Below are positions 1 to 10,332 of a DNA stretch of 64,000 nt, in pieces. The stretch comes from an uncultured Gemmataceae bacterium (GTDB lineage: Bacteria > Planctomycetota > Planctomycetia > Gemmatales > Gemmataceae). The notes beneath the pieces are model-generated. The model made no database searches. It was not told the DNA's origin and was given only the letters and a program-made list of their open reading frames with translations. The stretch lies in NCBI GenBank assembly GCA_963750165.1, contig CAVVPN010000003.1, positions 416,001 to 480,000 of the forward strand, given 5' to 3'. Position 1 is the first letter of the stretch, and each line of letters starts with the position of its first letter. Position numbers and translations under genes: made by a program.

Positions 1-2522
1 GCATCGCGGCGGCGGGCTTCGGCCTGGCGGCCGTTGCGCCCGCCGAAAAACCGCCCGCCCCGCGCCTGGAGCCGGTCGCGCCTGCGCCCCAGGACGGAAA
101 GCAGCCGGCACGCGTGGACGCGCTGGGCGACCCGCTGCCGCCCGGGGCGCTGTTGCGCCTGGGGACGGTGCGGCTGCGGCCGGGCAACGCCGTGGCCGGC
201 GCCCTGTTCACGCCCGACGGGAAGGTGATTGCGACCGGCGGCACTAACGGCGTCGTGCGCTTCTGGGACCCGGCCACCGGCAAGCAGGTGCGCGAGCTGG
301 CGGTGGGCGCGGGCCTTTATTTCGAATCCCTGGCCTTCGCGCCCGACGGCGGCCGGGTCGCGGCGCAGGACTACCGCGCGATCTACGTGCTGGACCTGGC
401 GACCGGCAAGACATTGCATCGGCTGGCGGTGCCGCCGGAGGCGCGGCTGTCCGCGGTGGCGTTCTCCCCCAAGGGCGACCTGATCGCAGCGTCCGGCTCG
501 GGCATCGTGCGCGTCTGGGGCGCGGACGGCGCCGAGCGCTGGACGTTCGCCGACAAGGGCGACTACTTCGGCTGCCTGGCGTTCTCCCCCGACGGCCGCA
601 CCCTGCTCGGGGGGGAGGGCAGCCACAACTCGGCGCTGTGCCTGTGGGACGCGGCGACCGGCAAGCTGCACTACCGCCGCAAGGGCCACACCGGCCCGAT
701 CGCCTCGGTCGCCTTCAGCCGCGACGGCAAAACCATCGTGGCCGCCGGCTACCAGGAGACGCGGCTGTGGGACGCGGCGACGGGCCAGAAGGGGGCGGTC
801 TTCGGCGGGGTGAAGGGCCGCGGCACCCGCGTCGCGTTCACGCCGGACGGCAAACTGCTGGCCATCGGCGGCAATGACAACGTTTTGCGGCTGTACTCCT
901 GGCCGGACGGCAAGGAGGTGCGGGCGCTGCCGCGACTGCCCGACCACGTCCGCTCGCCGTCGTTCACGCCCGACGGCAAGACGCTGGTGACGATGGGCGA
1001 CACGGGAGCGATTCACCTGTGGGACGTGGCCACGGGCCGGCCGAAGCTGAAGCTGCCGGGCCACGCCGAGCGGCTGAACGGGGTGGCGTACCTGCCCGAC
1101 GGCAAGACGATCGTGACCGCCGCCTGGGACGGCACGGTGCGGCTGTGGGACGCCGCCACGGGCAAGGAGCTGCGCCGCCTGGAGGTCAACCCGAACAACG
1201 AGAAGGCGGACGTGGCCAACCCGAACACCATCGGCCACATCGCGGTGGCGCCGGACGGCCGGCAACTGGCGGCGACGCGCGGCGACGAGGTGACAGTGAT
1301 CCTGGACGTGGCGACCGGCAAGGAGGTGGGCCGCTACCGGGCGGGCAGCGTGGCGTTCTCGCCGGACGGCAAGCTGCTCGCCTGCGGCCAGCGCGGCACG
1401 CAGGTAGAGGACTGCAACCGGGGGATCATTCACGTCTACGACCGGGCCACGGGCAAGGAACTGCGAAAGATACTCGGCCACCTGACCACGATCGGCTCGC
1501 TGACGTTCACGCCGGATAGCCGGACGATCATCTCGCGCGGCATGATGCCGCTCGGCTCCTTCGGCGGCGACCGGGGCGAGAGGGAGACGAAGTTCGTGCG
1601 CGTCTGGGACGTGGCGAGCGGGCGCGAGCTGCGGGCGCTGCCGGCCGGCGGCCGGGTACACGGTGCGGTGCTGTCGCCGGACGGGCGGACGATGGCGGAC
1701 TTCAACCTCCTGGGCAATAGCGTCGGCCTGGTGGAGACGCTGACGGGCGGCACCCGCGGCACGCTGCAGGGCCACATCGACATTGACGACGTGGCGTTTT
1801 CGCCGGACGGCAGGACGATCGCCACGGCGAGCATGGACGGCACGGTGCGGCTGTGGGACGCGCACGCCGGCAAGGAGATCGGCCGGCTGGAGGGCCACCG
1901 CAGCTGGGTGCTGTCGGTCGCGTTCGCGCCGGACGGCAAGACGCTGACCACGGGCAGCCTGGACACGTCGGCGCTGGTCTGGGACGTGCGCCGCTACACG
2001 CAACGACCCGCCCCGGCGGCGCCGACCGCGGCGGAGCTGGCGGACTGGTACTCGGACCTGGGCCAGGACGCGCTGACGGCGTACCGCGCCATCGGCCGGC
2101 TGGTGGCGGTGCCGCAGGCGGCAGTGCCGTTCCTGGCGGAGCGGCTGAAGCCGGCGGCGGCGGTCGCGGACGCGCGGATCGTGAAGCTCGTGGCCGACCT
2201 GCAGAGCAAGCAGTTCAAGGTCCGCGACCAGGCGTCGAAAGAGCTGGAGAAGCTGGGCGAGCAGGCCGACGCGGCGCTGCGGCAGGCGCTGAACAAGGAA
2301 CTGCCGCTGGAGGCGAAACGACGACTGGAGGGACTGCTGGAGAAGCTGGAGGGCGCAACGCTGTCGGCCCAGACGCTGCGGCAGGTGCGGGCGGTGGAAG
2401 TGCTGGAGACGGTCGGCACGGCGGAGGCGCGGGCGCTGCTCGCGCGGCTGGCGGAGGGGGTGCCGGAGGTGCGTCAGACGCGCGCGGCGCGGGCGGCGCT
2501 GGCGCGGTTCAAGGGGCGGTGA
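1..2522 (+). CDS. WD40-repeat beta-propeller protein, 5'-truncated by the window (possibly the C-terminal part of a Planctomycete ECF-sigma/WD40 fusion)
   Basis: Many 'AFSPDGK...lWD' WD40 repeats, the 'DALGDPLPPGALLRLG' motif and a helical C-terminal 'LRQVRAVEVLE' tail. The frame is open back to position 3 (IAAAGFGLAAV..., the end of a hydrophobic segment), so the true start lies upstream. Confidence 0.9.
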   Translation, partial: IAAAGFGLAAVAPAEKPPAPRLEPVAPAPQDGKQPARVDALGDPLPPGALLRLGTVRLRPGNAVAGALFTPDGKVIATGGTNGVVRFWDPATGKQVRELAVGAGLYFESLAFAPDGGRVAAQDYRAIYVLDLATGKTLHRLAVPPEARLSAVAFSPKGDLIAASGSGIVRVWGADGAERWTFADKGDYFGCLAFSPDGRTLLGGEGSHNSALCLWDAATGKLHYRRKGHTGPIASVAFSRDGKTIVAAGYQETRLWDAATGQKGAVFGGVKGRGTRVAFTPDGKLLAIGGNDNVLRLYSWPDGKEVRALPRLPDHVRSPSFTPDGKTLVTMGDTGAIHLWDVATGRPKLKLPGHAERLNGVAYLPDGKTIVTAAWDGTVRLWDAATGKELRRLEVNPNNEKADVANPNTIGHIAVAPDGRQLAATRGDEVTVILDVATGKEVGRYRAGSVAFSPDGKLLACGQRGTQVEDCNRGIIHVYDRATGKELRKILGHLTTIGSLTFTPDSRTIISRGMMPLGSFGGDRGERETKFVRVWDVASGRELRALPAGGRVHGAVLSPDGRTMADFNLLGNSVGLVETLTGGTRGTLQGHIDIDDVAFSPDGRTIATASMDGTVRLWDAHAGKEIGRLEGHRSWVLSVAFAPDGKTLTTGSLDTSALVWDVRRYTQRPAPAAPTAAELADWYSDLGQDALTAYRAIGRLVAVPQAAVPFLAERLKPAAAVADARIVKLVADLQSKQFKVRDQASKELEKLGEQADAALRQALNKELPLEAKRRLEGLLEKLEGATLSAQTLRQVRAVEVLETVGTAEARALLARLAEGVPEVRQTRAARAALARFKGR

Positions 2523-2670
2523 GCAATGCGGTTTGCAGGGCAAGATCGAAGTCGAGGTTGGAGTCCCGGCAAGGTGAAATCGCGAAAACGCATGAACGTT
2601 CCCAGGTTCGTTACCGCCTGCCAGGGATCACAACCTTGCCGCGTTCACGCACATTGCAGCAGCAATGCAC

Positions 2671-3225
2671 TCACCCCTCGGAAAGCCAGTCCGGTATCCG
2701 AGCCAAAGAAGTCGTGACTTCCTCATCCGAAACCGACCCGTCAACGACATCACGCAGCACCACCAGGGTGGCCTGCTCCACGAGTCCCCGCCACGCTTCG
2801 ATGGCCTCCTGCAGCCGTTGAATGAACCAGTCGGTTTCCGGCCATTGTTGCGGGCCGGCCGCCGCGAGGTATCGGCCCAACCGTCCCTCATCCGGGAGGC
2901 TGTACCCGTACACCACGAACCGATTCGCAAAAACGAGCAGCGGCGGCGAGCCCTCGGGAGGGGTGAGCCAGCGGTCGAACAGATCGCCCATCGACCACCG
3001 ATCCACCCACTCCACGAAGTGAAGCACCGGCAGTGCCAGCGCGTTCGCCCGCATCCGGCCGGCAAACTCGTCTGCCTCGTCACGCACCGACTGGGGCCAC
3101 TGCGTACTCCCCCACTCATTCGGATTGACGGCCTGCCGCGCCGCGGACCACGTCTGAAGCCGCTGCCGGACGGCAGCGCCGGCCGCTCCGACTATTTTTG
3201 CGACCGTGATTCGCTGGGTTGCCAA
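2671..3225 (-). CDS. hypothetical protein (~184 aa)
   Basis: Protein-like ORF (MATQRITVAKIVG...). TTG start with GAGAGG upstream, just downstream of the PQQ gene. No family recognised. Confidence 0.6.
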   Translation of the reverse strand: MATQRITVAKIVGAAGAAVRQRLQTWSAARQAVNPNEWGSTQWPQSVRDEADEFAGRMRANALALPVLHFVEWVDRWSMGDLFDRWLTPPEGSPPLLVFANRFVVYGYSLPDEGRLGRYLAAAGPQQWPETDWFIQRLQEAIEAWRGLVEQATLVVLRDVVDGSVSDEEVTTSLARIPDWLSEG

Positions 3226-3238
3226 CTGCCACCGCCTC

Positions 3239-4567
3239 TCACGGCGCCTCGATGCAATACAGGTACTTGTGCCCGCGCAGGAACAACTGCCGCCCGACCA
3301 CCACCGGCGGGGCGTCAATGTTGTCGTCCAGCGCGTTGGTCGCCAGCACCTCCAGCTTCGTACTCTGTTTCAGCACCAGCGTCACGCCGTCCTGGTCCAC
3401 CAGGTAAATCCGCCCGGCCGCCGCCGTCGGCGACGCATAGAAACTGCCCATCCCCGGCAGCCGCACGTGCTCGAAATACGGCTTGCCCGTCTTCGCGTCC
3501 AGGCAAGTCAGCAGTGGGTCATTGCTCTGCGTGAAGTACAGCTTGCCGTCCACCAGCAGCGGCGACGGCACATACGGCGTGCCCTTGTTGTAGCGCCAGC
3601 GCAGCTTGTCGGACTTCGTCAAATCGCCGCGCAGCTCGAGCGGTACGGCCACCGCGGCAGCACCCTTGTAGCCGCTCATGACGTAGGCGACGCCGTCCGC
3701 CGCCACCGGCGACGGAATCGCGTTCAGCGTGCCGCCGCCACACTCCCACAGCAGCTTGCCGGTCGCCAGGTCGTAACTGCGCATCTTGTTCGTGCCGTTG
3801 ACGATCACCTGCGTCATGCCGTTGTGCGTCACCACCAGGGGAGTGTTCCAGGTCGTTGGCTCGTCGCGCGGCACCTGCCAGCGCGTCTTGCCGGTGGCGG
3901 CGTCCAGCACGATCAACTTCGAATTGACTTCCTGGTCCCAATTCAGGATGAGATGATCGCCGTGCAGCACCGGAGTGCTGGCCTCGCCCCAGCCGAGGCG
4001 CGTGAACAGCAGCCCGAGGTCGCGCTCCCAGACGCGCTTGCCTTGGGCGTCGAAGCAGTGGACGCCCCAGGAGCCGAACGACACCCAGACATGCTTGCCA
4101 TCGGTCGTCGGCGAACCAGCGGCGTAGCTGTGGCTGGGGTGATGGCCCTCATGCGGCACACGCTCGGCGGCAATCTGTCGCCACAGTTCCTTGCCCGTCT
4201 TGCGGTCGTAGCAGATCAGCAGGAACTGATGATACGTACTGGGGGCCTTGGTCTTCTTCTCCAGTTCGGGCGGCACCTTCGGCAGGTCCGCCGGTTTGGC
4301 GGCGCGGCCGGTATCGACGGCGGTGGCAACGAACACGCGGTCGCCCCAGACCACGGGCGTGGAACTGCCGCGGCCAGGCACGGCGGCCTTCCACTTGACG
4401 TTGGTCTTTTCGTCCCAGGTGGTCGGCGGGTCGCCGTGCGGTGCGACGCCACAGGCCAGCGGGCCGCGCCAGTGGCCCCATTGATACGCTGCGGTTTTGT
4501 CGCCGCCGGCGAGCGCCGCCACCGACAGCCAGGGCCAGATCAAAACACCCAGAATGAGTTGTCGCAA
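3239..4567 (-). CDS. secreted PQQ-binding-like (BamB-like) beta-propeller protein
   Basis: Signal peptide MRQLILGVLIWPWLSVAALA followed by 'WGHWRGP', 'GRGSSTPVVWGDRVF' and 'YASP' motifs. TTG start with an AGGAG RBS. Confidence 0.85.
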   Translation of the reverse strand: MRQLILGVLIWPWLSVAALAGGDKTAAYQWGHWRGPLACGVAPHGDPPTTWDEKTNVKWKAAVPGRGSSTPVVWGDRVFVATAVDTGRAAKPADLPKVPPELEKKTKAPSTYHQFLLICYDRKTGKELWRQIAAERVPHEGHHPSHSYAAGSPTTDGKHVWVSFGSWGVHCFDAQGKRVWERDLGLLFTRLGWGEASTPVLHGDHLILNWDQEVNSKLIVLDAATGKTRWQVPRDEPTTWNTPLVVTHNGMTQVIVNGTNKMRSYDLATGKLLWECGGGTLNAIPSPVAADGVAYVMSGYKGAAAVAVPLELRGDLTKSDKLRWRYNKGTPYVPSPLLVDGKLYFTQSNDPLLTCLDAKTGKPYFEHVRLPGMGSFYASPTAAAGRIYLVDQDGVTLVLKQSTKLEVLATNALDDNIDAPPVVVGRQLFLRGHKYLYCIEAP

Positions 4568-4706
4568 AAGGAATCTCCTTGAAAGGCGAAGGTTGGGGCC
4601 TGGGCCATTATGACAACCGCGGCGCCGTCGGCCAAGCCCTTGTCCGGTCGCTGCGATCTTCGCACAATGACGCAGACTACCCATTTTCACTCGGCAAGGG
4701 ATCACC

Positions 4707-5876
4707 ATGACTAACCCATTGGTTGCCCAGGCGGGCCACAAGCACGCCCCGCCGCGCCAGCGCTTGTCGGCGCCGCGCATGTGGGAGGGCTGTGACTTCT
4801 TCGCCTGGCTGCGCTTGCTCTGGCGCGGCCGCTTCGCCGTCCACAGGACTTGCTGGTATCTCGTCCCCGTCATCACCGTCGTCAGCTTCGGCCATACGCT
4901 GCTACGGCTGCTGCAGGAAGCGATCTACGGCCGCCGCATCCGCCAGACCGTGTTGCAGCACCCGCCGATTTTCATCCTTGGTCACTGGCGAACCGGCACC
5001 ACGCTGCTGCACGAGTTGCTGGTGCAGGACGAGCGCTTCGCCTTCCCAACAACCTACGAGTGCATGAACCCGAATCACTTCCTGCTCTCGGAGAACATCT
5101 TCACGCGCTGGCTGTACTGGCTGATGCCGACACGGCGGCCAATGGACAACATGGCCGCGGGCTTCGACCGGCCGCAGGAGGACGAGTTCGCCCTGTGCAT
5201 GCTCGGCGAACCGTCGCCGTATCTGACGGTCGCCTTCCCCAACCGCGGACCGCAGTACAATGAATACCTCGACCTCGAAGGACTGTCGCCGCGCGCTCTT
5301 GGCAGCTGGAAGCGCACCCTGTACCAGTTCCTGCAAAAGATCACATTCCGCAGTCCGAAACGGCTGGTGCTCAAGTCGCCGCCGCACACCGCCCGCCTCA
5401 AGGTGCTGCGCGACCTGTTTCCGGGGGCGCTGTTCATTCACATCGTCCGCGACCCTTATGTCGTATTCCCGTCCACGGTCAACCTGTGGAAGTCGCTCTA
5501 TCAGCGGCACGGCTTGCAGAAGCCGAATTATGTTGGGTTGGAAGAATATGTTTATACGACGTTCCTGCGTATGTTTGACTGCCTCGAAGCGGGCCGCAAG
5601 CTCATTGAACCAGAGCGCTTCTATGAATTGAAATATGAGGATCTGGTGCGCGACCCAGAGGAGCAAATGCGGCGGCTGTATAAACACCTGCACCTGGGCG
5701 GCCTTGATGAGATGTTGCCGCGGCTGCGGAAGTACCTGGAGAGCATCGCGGGGTATGAGACGAACAAGTATCAGATGACGCCGGAGCAGCGGACGGAGGT
5801 CGGGCGGCGCTGGGGACGGGTGATCGAGCGCTACGGCTATGGGGAAGCGGTCGCGAGTGGTGTGGCGGCCGGTTAA
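4707..5876 (+). CDS. sulfotransferase family protein
   Basis: PAPS-binding motif 'IFILGHWRTGTT', plus 'LKSPPHTAR' and 'IHIVRDP'. Confidence 0.9.
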   Translation: MTNPLVAQAGHKHAPPRQRLSAPRMWEGCDFFAWLRLLWRGRFAVHRTCWYLVPVITVVSFGHTLLRLLQEAIYGRRIRQTVLQHPPIFILGHWRTGTTLLHELLVQDERFAFPTTYECMNPNHFLLSENIFTRWLYWLMPTRRPMDNMAAGFDRPQEDEFALCMLGEPSPYLTVAFPNRGPQYNEYLDLEGLSPRALGSWKRTLYQFLQKITFRSPKRLVLKSPPHTARLKVLRDLFPGALFIHIVRDPYVVFPSTVNLWKSLYQRHGLQKPNYVGLEEYVYTTFLRMFDCLEAGRKLIEPERFYELKYEDLVRDPEEQMRRLYKHLHLGGLDEMLPRLRKYLESIAGYETNKYQMTPEQRTEVGRRWGRVIERYGYGEAVASGVAAG

Positions 5877-5880
5877 GGGC

Positions 5881-5961
5881 CTGTGCGAAAAGTAGGTGCC
5901 GCGAGCCGAGCGGCACCCGCTGCGGGTGCCGCTCGGCTCGCGGCGCCTACTTTTCGCACAG
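5881..5961. repeat. REPIN-like palindrome (40-bp arms) between convergent genes
   Basis: ctgtgcgaaaaGTAGgtgccgcgagccgagcggcacccgc, a 1-nt centre, then the reverse complement with one mismatch. Confidence 0.9.
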
Positions 5962-5964
5962 CCA

Positions 5965-6903
5965 CTAACCCTTCAGCAGTTGTTCGCTGAGCGTCTTGAC
6001 GCGCTCGACGCTGTGCCGCAAATTTTGCTGGGCGGACTGCATGTTGCTCATGCCACTCTCAAACTTCTCGACGCACTGATCCAGTTCGTTGACGCTGTGG
6101 TCGGGCTGCAGCAGCACGTTCGACAGTTCCTTGATCGCCGGCTCGATCTCGCTGAGGAGGACTTTGAGGAGGTTGCGGCCCTGGTTCTCGGATTCGATGG
6201 TGACGTTGTGCAGCGAGTTCAGCACCGCCCCGTGCTCCATCGGATCGACCATGCGCTCCGGGTCGAACTTACGGCCGGCGCGCTGGGCCTGCTCAGCCTC
6301 TTGCTGGGCCTGAGTGCTGCCCTGGCGCTGGGCCTTGTCGGTGGCCTCGGCCTGTTCGAGGCTGTTGCTCGCCTTCTCCCAGTTGGGCCGCAGTTCCAAC
6401 GCATGGCGGTAGTGGGCGATGGCCAGCGGATACTGCTGCCGCTCGAAGTAGAGGTTGGCGAGGTTGTAGTGGGCGTCGGCCATGCGCGGGTTGACGCGCG
6501 TGGCCTCGCGGTAAGCCTGGATGGCCAGGTCGGTCTGGCCCTTGCGGCGGTAGACCAGGCCGAGATTGTAGTAGCCCTCGCCGCGGTTCAGGTCGAGCTG
6601 AATGCCGCGGCGCAGCACCAGCACCGCGTCATCGAGCAGGTCCATGCGGTTGTAGACCGCGCCCAGGTTGATGAAGGCGCCGGCGTGCAGCGGGTCGAGG
6701 CGCGTGACTTCCTTGAAGTGGTGGGCGGCGCTGACGTAATCGTGCAGCAGGAAGCACACCGTCGCCAGGCCGTAGTGGACGTCCGGCAGGTCGGCGCGCT
6801 GCCCCAGCGCTTGCAGATAGAACTGCCGCGCCTGTTCGGCCTGGCCCTGCTTGAGGCAGGCCTTCGCCTTTTGACAGATGCCTTCGATGCTTTCTTTGGC
6901 CAT
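5965..6903 (-). CDS. tetratricopeptide-repeat protein with coiled-coil C-terminus
   Basis: Consecutive TPR motifs (AFINLGAVY, GYYNLGLVY, AHYNLANLY). Confidence 0.9.
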   Translation of the reverse strand: MAKESIEGICQKAKACLKQGQAEQARQFYLQALGQRADLPDVHYGLATVCFLLHDYVSAAHHFKEVTRLDPLHAGAFINLGAVYNRMDLLDDAVLVLRRGIQLDLNRGEGYYNLGLVYRRKGQTDLAIQAYREATRVNPRMADAHYNLANLYFERQQYPLAIAHYRHALELRPNWEKASNSLEQAEATDKAQRQGSTQAQQEAEQAQRAGRKFDPERMVDPMEHGAVLNSLHNVTIESENQGRNLLKVLLSEIEPAIKELSNVLLQPDHSVNELDQCVEKFESGMSNMQSAQQNLRHSVERVKTLSEQLLKG

Positions 6904-7095
6904 GAGAGCGCTCCCGGCGTGGTTGGCGATGCCGACGGAACGGATGGCAGCGTATTGGGGAATTATAACGCGACGGTCAAGGTCGCCTCAACCACAAAAC
7001 TACCCCCGCTCACCCGAGCGCCGGAGTTTTCGCCGTCCGCCTGGCCGCCTTTGCCGGGCGTGCTGCTGGCGCCGCGTGGCGATGGACAAACCAAC

Positions 7096-7677
7096 TCACC
7101 GCCCCTTGAGGGAGACCGAGAGTTGAAACTGGGAATAAATCGCACCCGCGCTTTTCACCTTCGCCCGTGCGTCGAGCAGACTGACCAGGCAATCGTCGTG
7201 GGTAAAGGACCAGCCGTCGCCGAAACGATCGCGTGCAAACTTCTTCCCGGTCGTCAGGCGGTTGAAGTCCTTGATCGGGGTTCGGCTGGTGAGCCGGGCG
7301 CCGTCCACGGTGAATGTGCCCGAAAAGGACCGCTTCGGCCAGAAGTCCGGAGTGTCCCGGTCCAGGGCGACCGCGAAGGCATGAATCAGTGTACCGTTGG
7401 ACTGCTGGAACGCAAAGACGCCGTGATCGTCCCACGTCAGGAGTCGATTGCCCAGATCCAGTTCACGCGTCGGCGGGCCGAGGACTTTCAGGAGGCGTTT
7501 GCGGTCGAAGGGCAACTCGAACCGCTCGCCGTTGATGATGAACGCCTGCTCGTGGACCTGCACCTGGAGTTTGGACGGGGCCGGTGGGCCCGCCTGCCCC
7601 TGGGTCGGGGTGGCTGGCGCCGGCAACAGGGCGGCGCACGCCAGCACCGCGGCCAGGAGGGTTGCGTGACGGATCAT
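7096..7677 (-). CDS. secreted hypothetical protein
   Basis: Signal peptide MIRHATLLAAVLACAALLPA, then a globular domain (KVLGPPTRELDLGNRLLTWDDHGV). Confidence 0.7.
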   Translation of the reverse strand: MIRHATLLAAVLACAALLPAPATPTQGQAGPPAPSKLQVQVHEQAFIINGERFELPFDRKRLLKVLGPPTRELDLGNRLLTWDDHGVFAFQQSNGTLIHAFAVALDRDTPDFWPKRSFSGTFTVDGARLTSRTPIKDFNRLTTGKKFARDRFGDGWSFTHDDCLVSLLDARAKVKSAGAIYSQFQLSVSLKGR

Positions 7678-7724
7678 GCTTCGGGCCTTTCCATGAGGAG
7701 ATTGAGGGTACTCGGCGGCACGAG

Positions 7725-8374
7725 TTACCCGTCCTGGCGAGGGGCACCACCGCCCGGCGGCGGATTCTTCATGGCCTCGGTGACGATCCTGGACACGACG
7801 CCGCCAACCGTGTCGCTGACCTGTTTGCCGATGTCCGCCGCGGTGTCGGCGATCTGCTCGACGATCTGGTCGGCCTTTTTGGCGCCGGTGACCCTGCCGA
7901 GGGCCGCCTTGCCGGCCGCCTTGAGCATGTTGCCGACCACCTTGCCGCTGGCCGCGGTGGCGTTGGCGACCGTGGCGGCAGCGGCGTCCGCGACGGCCTT
8001 CTGAGCGGCCTTCGCGGCGGCGCCGGCCACGGCAGCGCCCGCCGCGGCGACCACCGCCCCGGCCGCCGGCGCAACTGGCCGAGCACACCGCTCAGGAACC
8101 GCGGCAGCGGACGCGGCTGGGCCGGGTCGGCCTTCGGCGCCGGCGCCGCGGGCAGCGGTTCGTCGTCGGCCACGGCGTAGGCGGCCTCTTTTTGCGAGCG
8201 GTCGCAGATGACGAAGCCATCGTGGACCAGGCCGTCCACGGTGCGCTGCACCGCCTTCTGCGGCTGCGGGTGCAGCGCCTCGACCACCTGGCCGAGGGTG
8301 GCCCGGCCCTGCGTCCACAGGAACCGCAGCACCCGCAACTCGGCGTCGTTGAACTCCCGCTGACTGTGGGCCAT
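7725..8374 (-). CDS. BlaI/MecI/CopY-like winged-helix regulator with an Ala-rich tail (frameshift near 8072)
   Basis: The N-terminus 'FNDAELRVLRFLWTQGRAT' is BlaI-like. After a 1-nt shift it continues into the AAKAAQKAVADAAAA-rich frame ending at 7725. Confidence 0.65.
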
Positions 8375-8528
8375 GTCGTGTCTCCTCGGCTCGTTCGTAA
8401 TTCCCGTTTACGTTTCGCCATCTTGAAAGCGCGCGAAGCGTAAACAGGAGCGATCCAACTTGAAGCGTCCTCACCAACATTCTACCCGACGGCGGCGCCG
8501 CGTGCCGAGGTGATCCTGGCCCTTGCAA

Positions 8529-8556
8529 TTGACACAACCCGCCGACCGACTAAAAT
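8529..8556 (+). promoter_or_regulatory. sigma70-type promoter of the lysS operon
   Basis: TTGACA (8529-8534), 16-nt spacer, TAAAAT (8551-8556), about 60 nt before the lysS GTG. Confidence 0.7.
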
Positions 8557-8616
8557 CCACATCTCATCTGTGACGCACCCGCCGCGCCCGGCCCTTACCC
8601 AGAAAGCCAGGCTACC

Positions 8617-10155
8617 GTGTCCGCGCCGCACGACAACTTTGAAGCGAGCCGCCAGGAGAAGCTGCACGCCATCGCGCAATTGGGCCTCGATCCGTGGGGC
8701 TGTCGCTTCGACGGCCACCAGTCCATCGCCGACGTGCTGAAGTTGCCCACGGAGTTGCCGCCAGAGCAACGGCCGCACGTGCGCATCGCCGGCCGCATCG
8801 TCAGCCGGCGACCCGGCGGCAAGGCCCACTTCCTCGACCTGAAGGACTGGTCCGGCGTGCCGACGCTGCGCGAGATCAAGGGCGAGCGCGAGGGCACTGT
8901 CGATCAGGTGCCCGACCTGTCCAGCCGCATCCAGGTGATGATCGGTCAGAAGGAGGTCGGCGAGCTGGGCTGGGGCCTGACGCAGCACCTGGACCTGGGC
9001 GACCTGCTGGGCGTGGACGGCACCTTCGGCAAGACACGCCGCGGCGAGCCGACGGTGTTCGCGGAGCAGCTGACGTACCTGGGCAAGTCACTGCTGCCGC
9101 ACCCGGACAAGTGGGGCGGCATGCAGGAGATGGAGTACCGGCTGCGGCACCGTTACCTGGACCTGACGTATAACCCGGAGACGCTGGACCGCGCCCGCAA
9201 GCGCGTGCTGATTGTGCGGACCATCCGCCGTCACCTGGACGACCAGGGTTATTTCGAGGTGGAGACGCCGACGCTGCACGCCATCGCTGGCGGCGCCGCG
9301 GCCAAGCCGTTCATCACGCACCACAACGCACTGGAGATCGACCTGTACCTGCGTATCGCCCTGGAGCTGCACCTGAAGCGACTGCTGGTCGGCGGCATCG
9401 AAAAGGTGTACGAGATCGGCCGCGTCTTCCGCAACGAGGGCATCAGTCCGAAGCACAACCCTGAATTCACGATGCTGGAGCTGTACCAGGCGTACGGCAA
9501 CTACGAGACGATGATGGACCTGACCGAGGCCATGATCGTGGCGTGTGTGCGGACACTGGGCGAAGCGCTGGTGCTGCCCTACGGCGACCGCCAGCTGGAC
9601 TTCACGCCGCCGTTCAGGCGGGCGAAGTACGCGGACCTGTTCCACGAGCACACCGGCGTGGCGATGGAGGACGCGGCGGCTGTGGCGGCGCTGGCGCAGC
9701 GGCACGACCTCCCGACGGCGAACACCGACCCCGACGTATTGGTTCACAAGCTGTTCGAGTTGATCGTGGAGCCGAAGCTGGAAGCGCTCGACCAACCGGT
9801 GTTCGTGTATGACTACCCGGCGGCGCTGTGCCCACTGACGAAGCGCAAGCGCGACAACCCGGCCATTGCGGAGCGTTTCGAGTTGTACGTGCATGGCATG
9901 GAGTTGGCGAACGCCTACACGGAGCTGAACGACCCGATCATGCAGGAGGCGACCTTCCGCCGGCAGCTGGCCGGGCTGAAGGAAGAGGACTCGATGGCGA
10001 AGATGGACGACGATTTCGTGCGGGCGTTGAAGCACGGTATGCCGCCGGCCGGCGGCATGGGCATCGGCATCGACCGGCTGACGATGCTGCTGACCAACAC
10101 GCAGACCATCCGTGACGTGATTCTGTTCCCGCTGCTGCGGCCGGAGAAGAAGTAA
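8617..10155 (+). CDS. lysS: lysine--tRNA ligase (class II)
   Basis: OB-fold N-terminus, 'EVETP', 'YLRIALELHLKRL', motif 2 'FRNEG..HNPEF', motif 3 'GMGIGIDRL'. Confidence 0.97.
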   Translation: MSAPHDNFEASRQEKLHAIAQLGLDPWGCRFDGHQSIADVLKLPTELPPEQRPHVRIAGRIVSRRPGGKAHFLDLKDWSGVPTLREIKGEREGTVDQVPDLSSRIQVMIGQKEVGELGWGLTQHLDLGDLLGVDGTFGKTRRGEPTVFAEQLTYLGKSLLPHPDKWGGMQEMEYRLRHRYLDLTYNPETLDRARKRVLIVRTIRRHLDDQGYFEVETPTLHAIAGGAAAKPFITHHNALEIDLYLRIALELHLKRLLVGGIEKVYEIGRVFRNEGISPKHNPEFTMLELYQAYGNYETMMDLTEAMIVACVRTLGEALVLPYGDRQLDFTPPFRRAKYADLFHEHTGVAMEDAAAVAALAQRHDLPTANTDPDVLVHKLFELIVEPKLEALDQPVFVYDYPAALCPLTKRKRDNPAIAERFELYVHGMELANAYTELNDPIMQEATFRRQLAGLKEEDSMAKMDDDFVRALKHGMPPAGGMGIGIDRLTMLLTNTQTIRDVILFPLLRPEKK

Positions 10156-10160
10156 AACAA

Positions 10161-10300
10161 ATCACGAAAACACGAAAGGTTGAAAACACGAAAAAAAGAA
10201 AATGGATAATTGAGCAAGGCGCCTGGTTCTGGACTACGACTCAGGGCAACTCATTTTTCTGGTCTTTTTCGTGTATTTCATTGTTTCGTGTTTTCGTGAT
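10161..10300. repeat. inverted pair of short tandem repeats (ACACGAAA ... TTTCGTGT)
   Basis: atcacgaaaacacgaaa...aacacgaaaaa is mirrored by tttttcgtgt...tttcgtgttttcgtgat between lysS and the permease gene. Confidence 0.75.
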
Positions 10301-10332
10301 GGAATTTCTCGGCGAGATCCAGGGAGGGATCG

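Noticed and set aside
5896..8004. Long antisense or alternative-frame ORFs (e.g. 5896-8004 +, 14899-16755 -, 20388-22346 +, 31565-33631 -)
   Set aside because: Shadow ORFs opposite well-supported genes, expected at high GC; no recognisable motifs.
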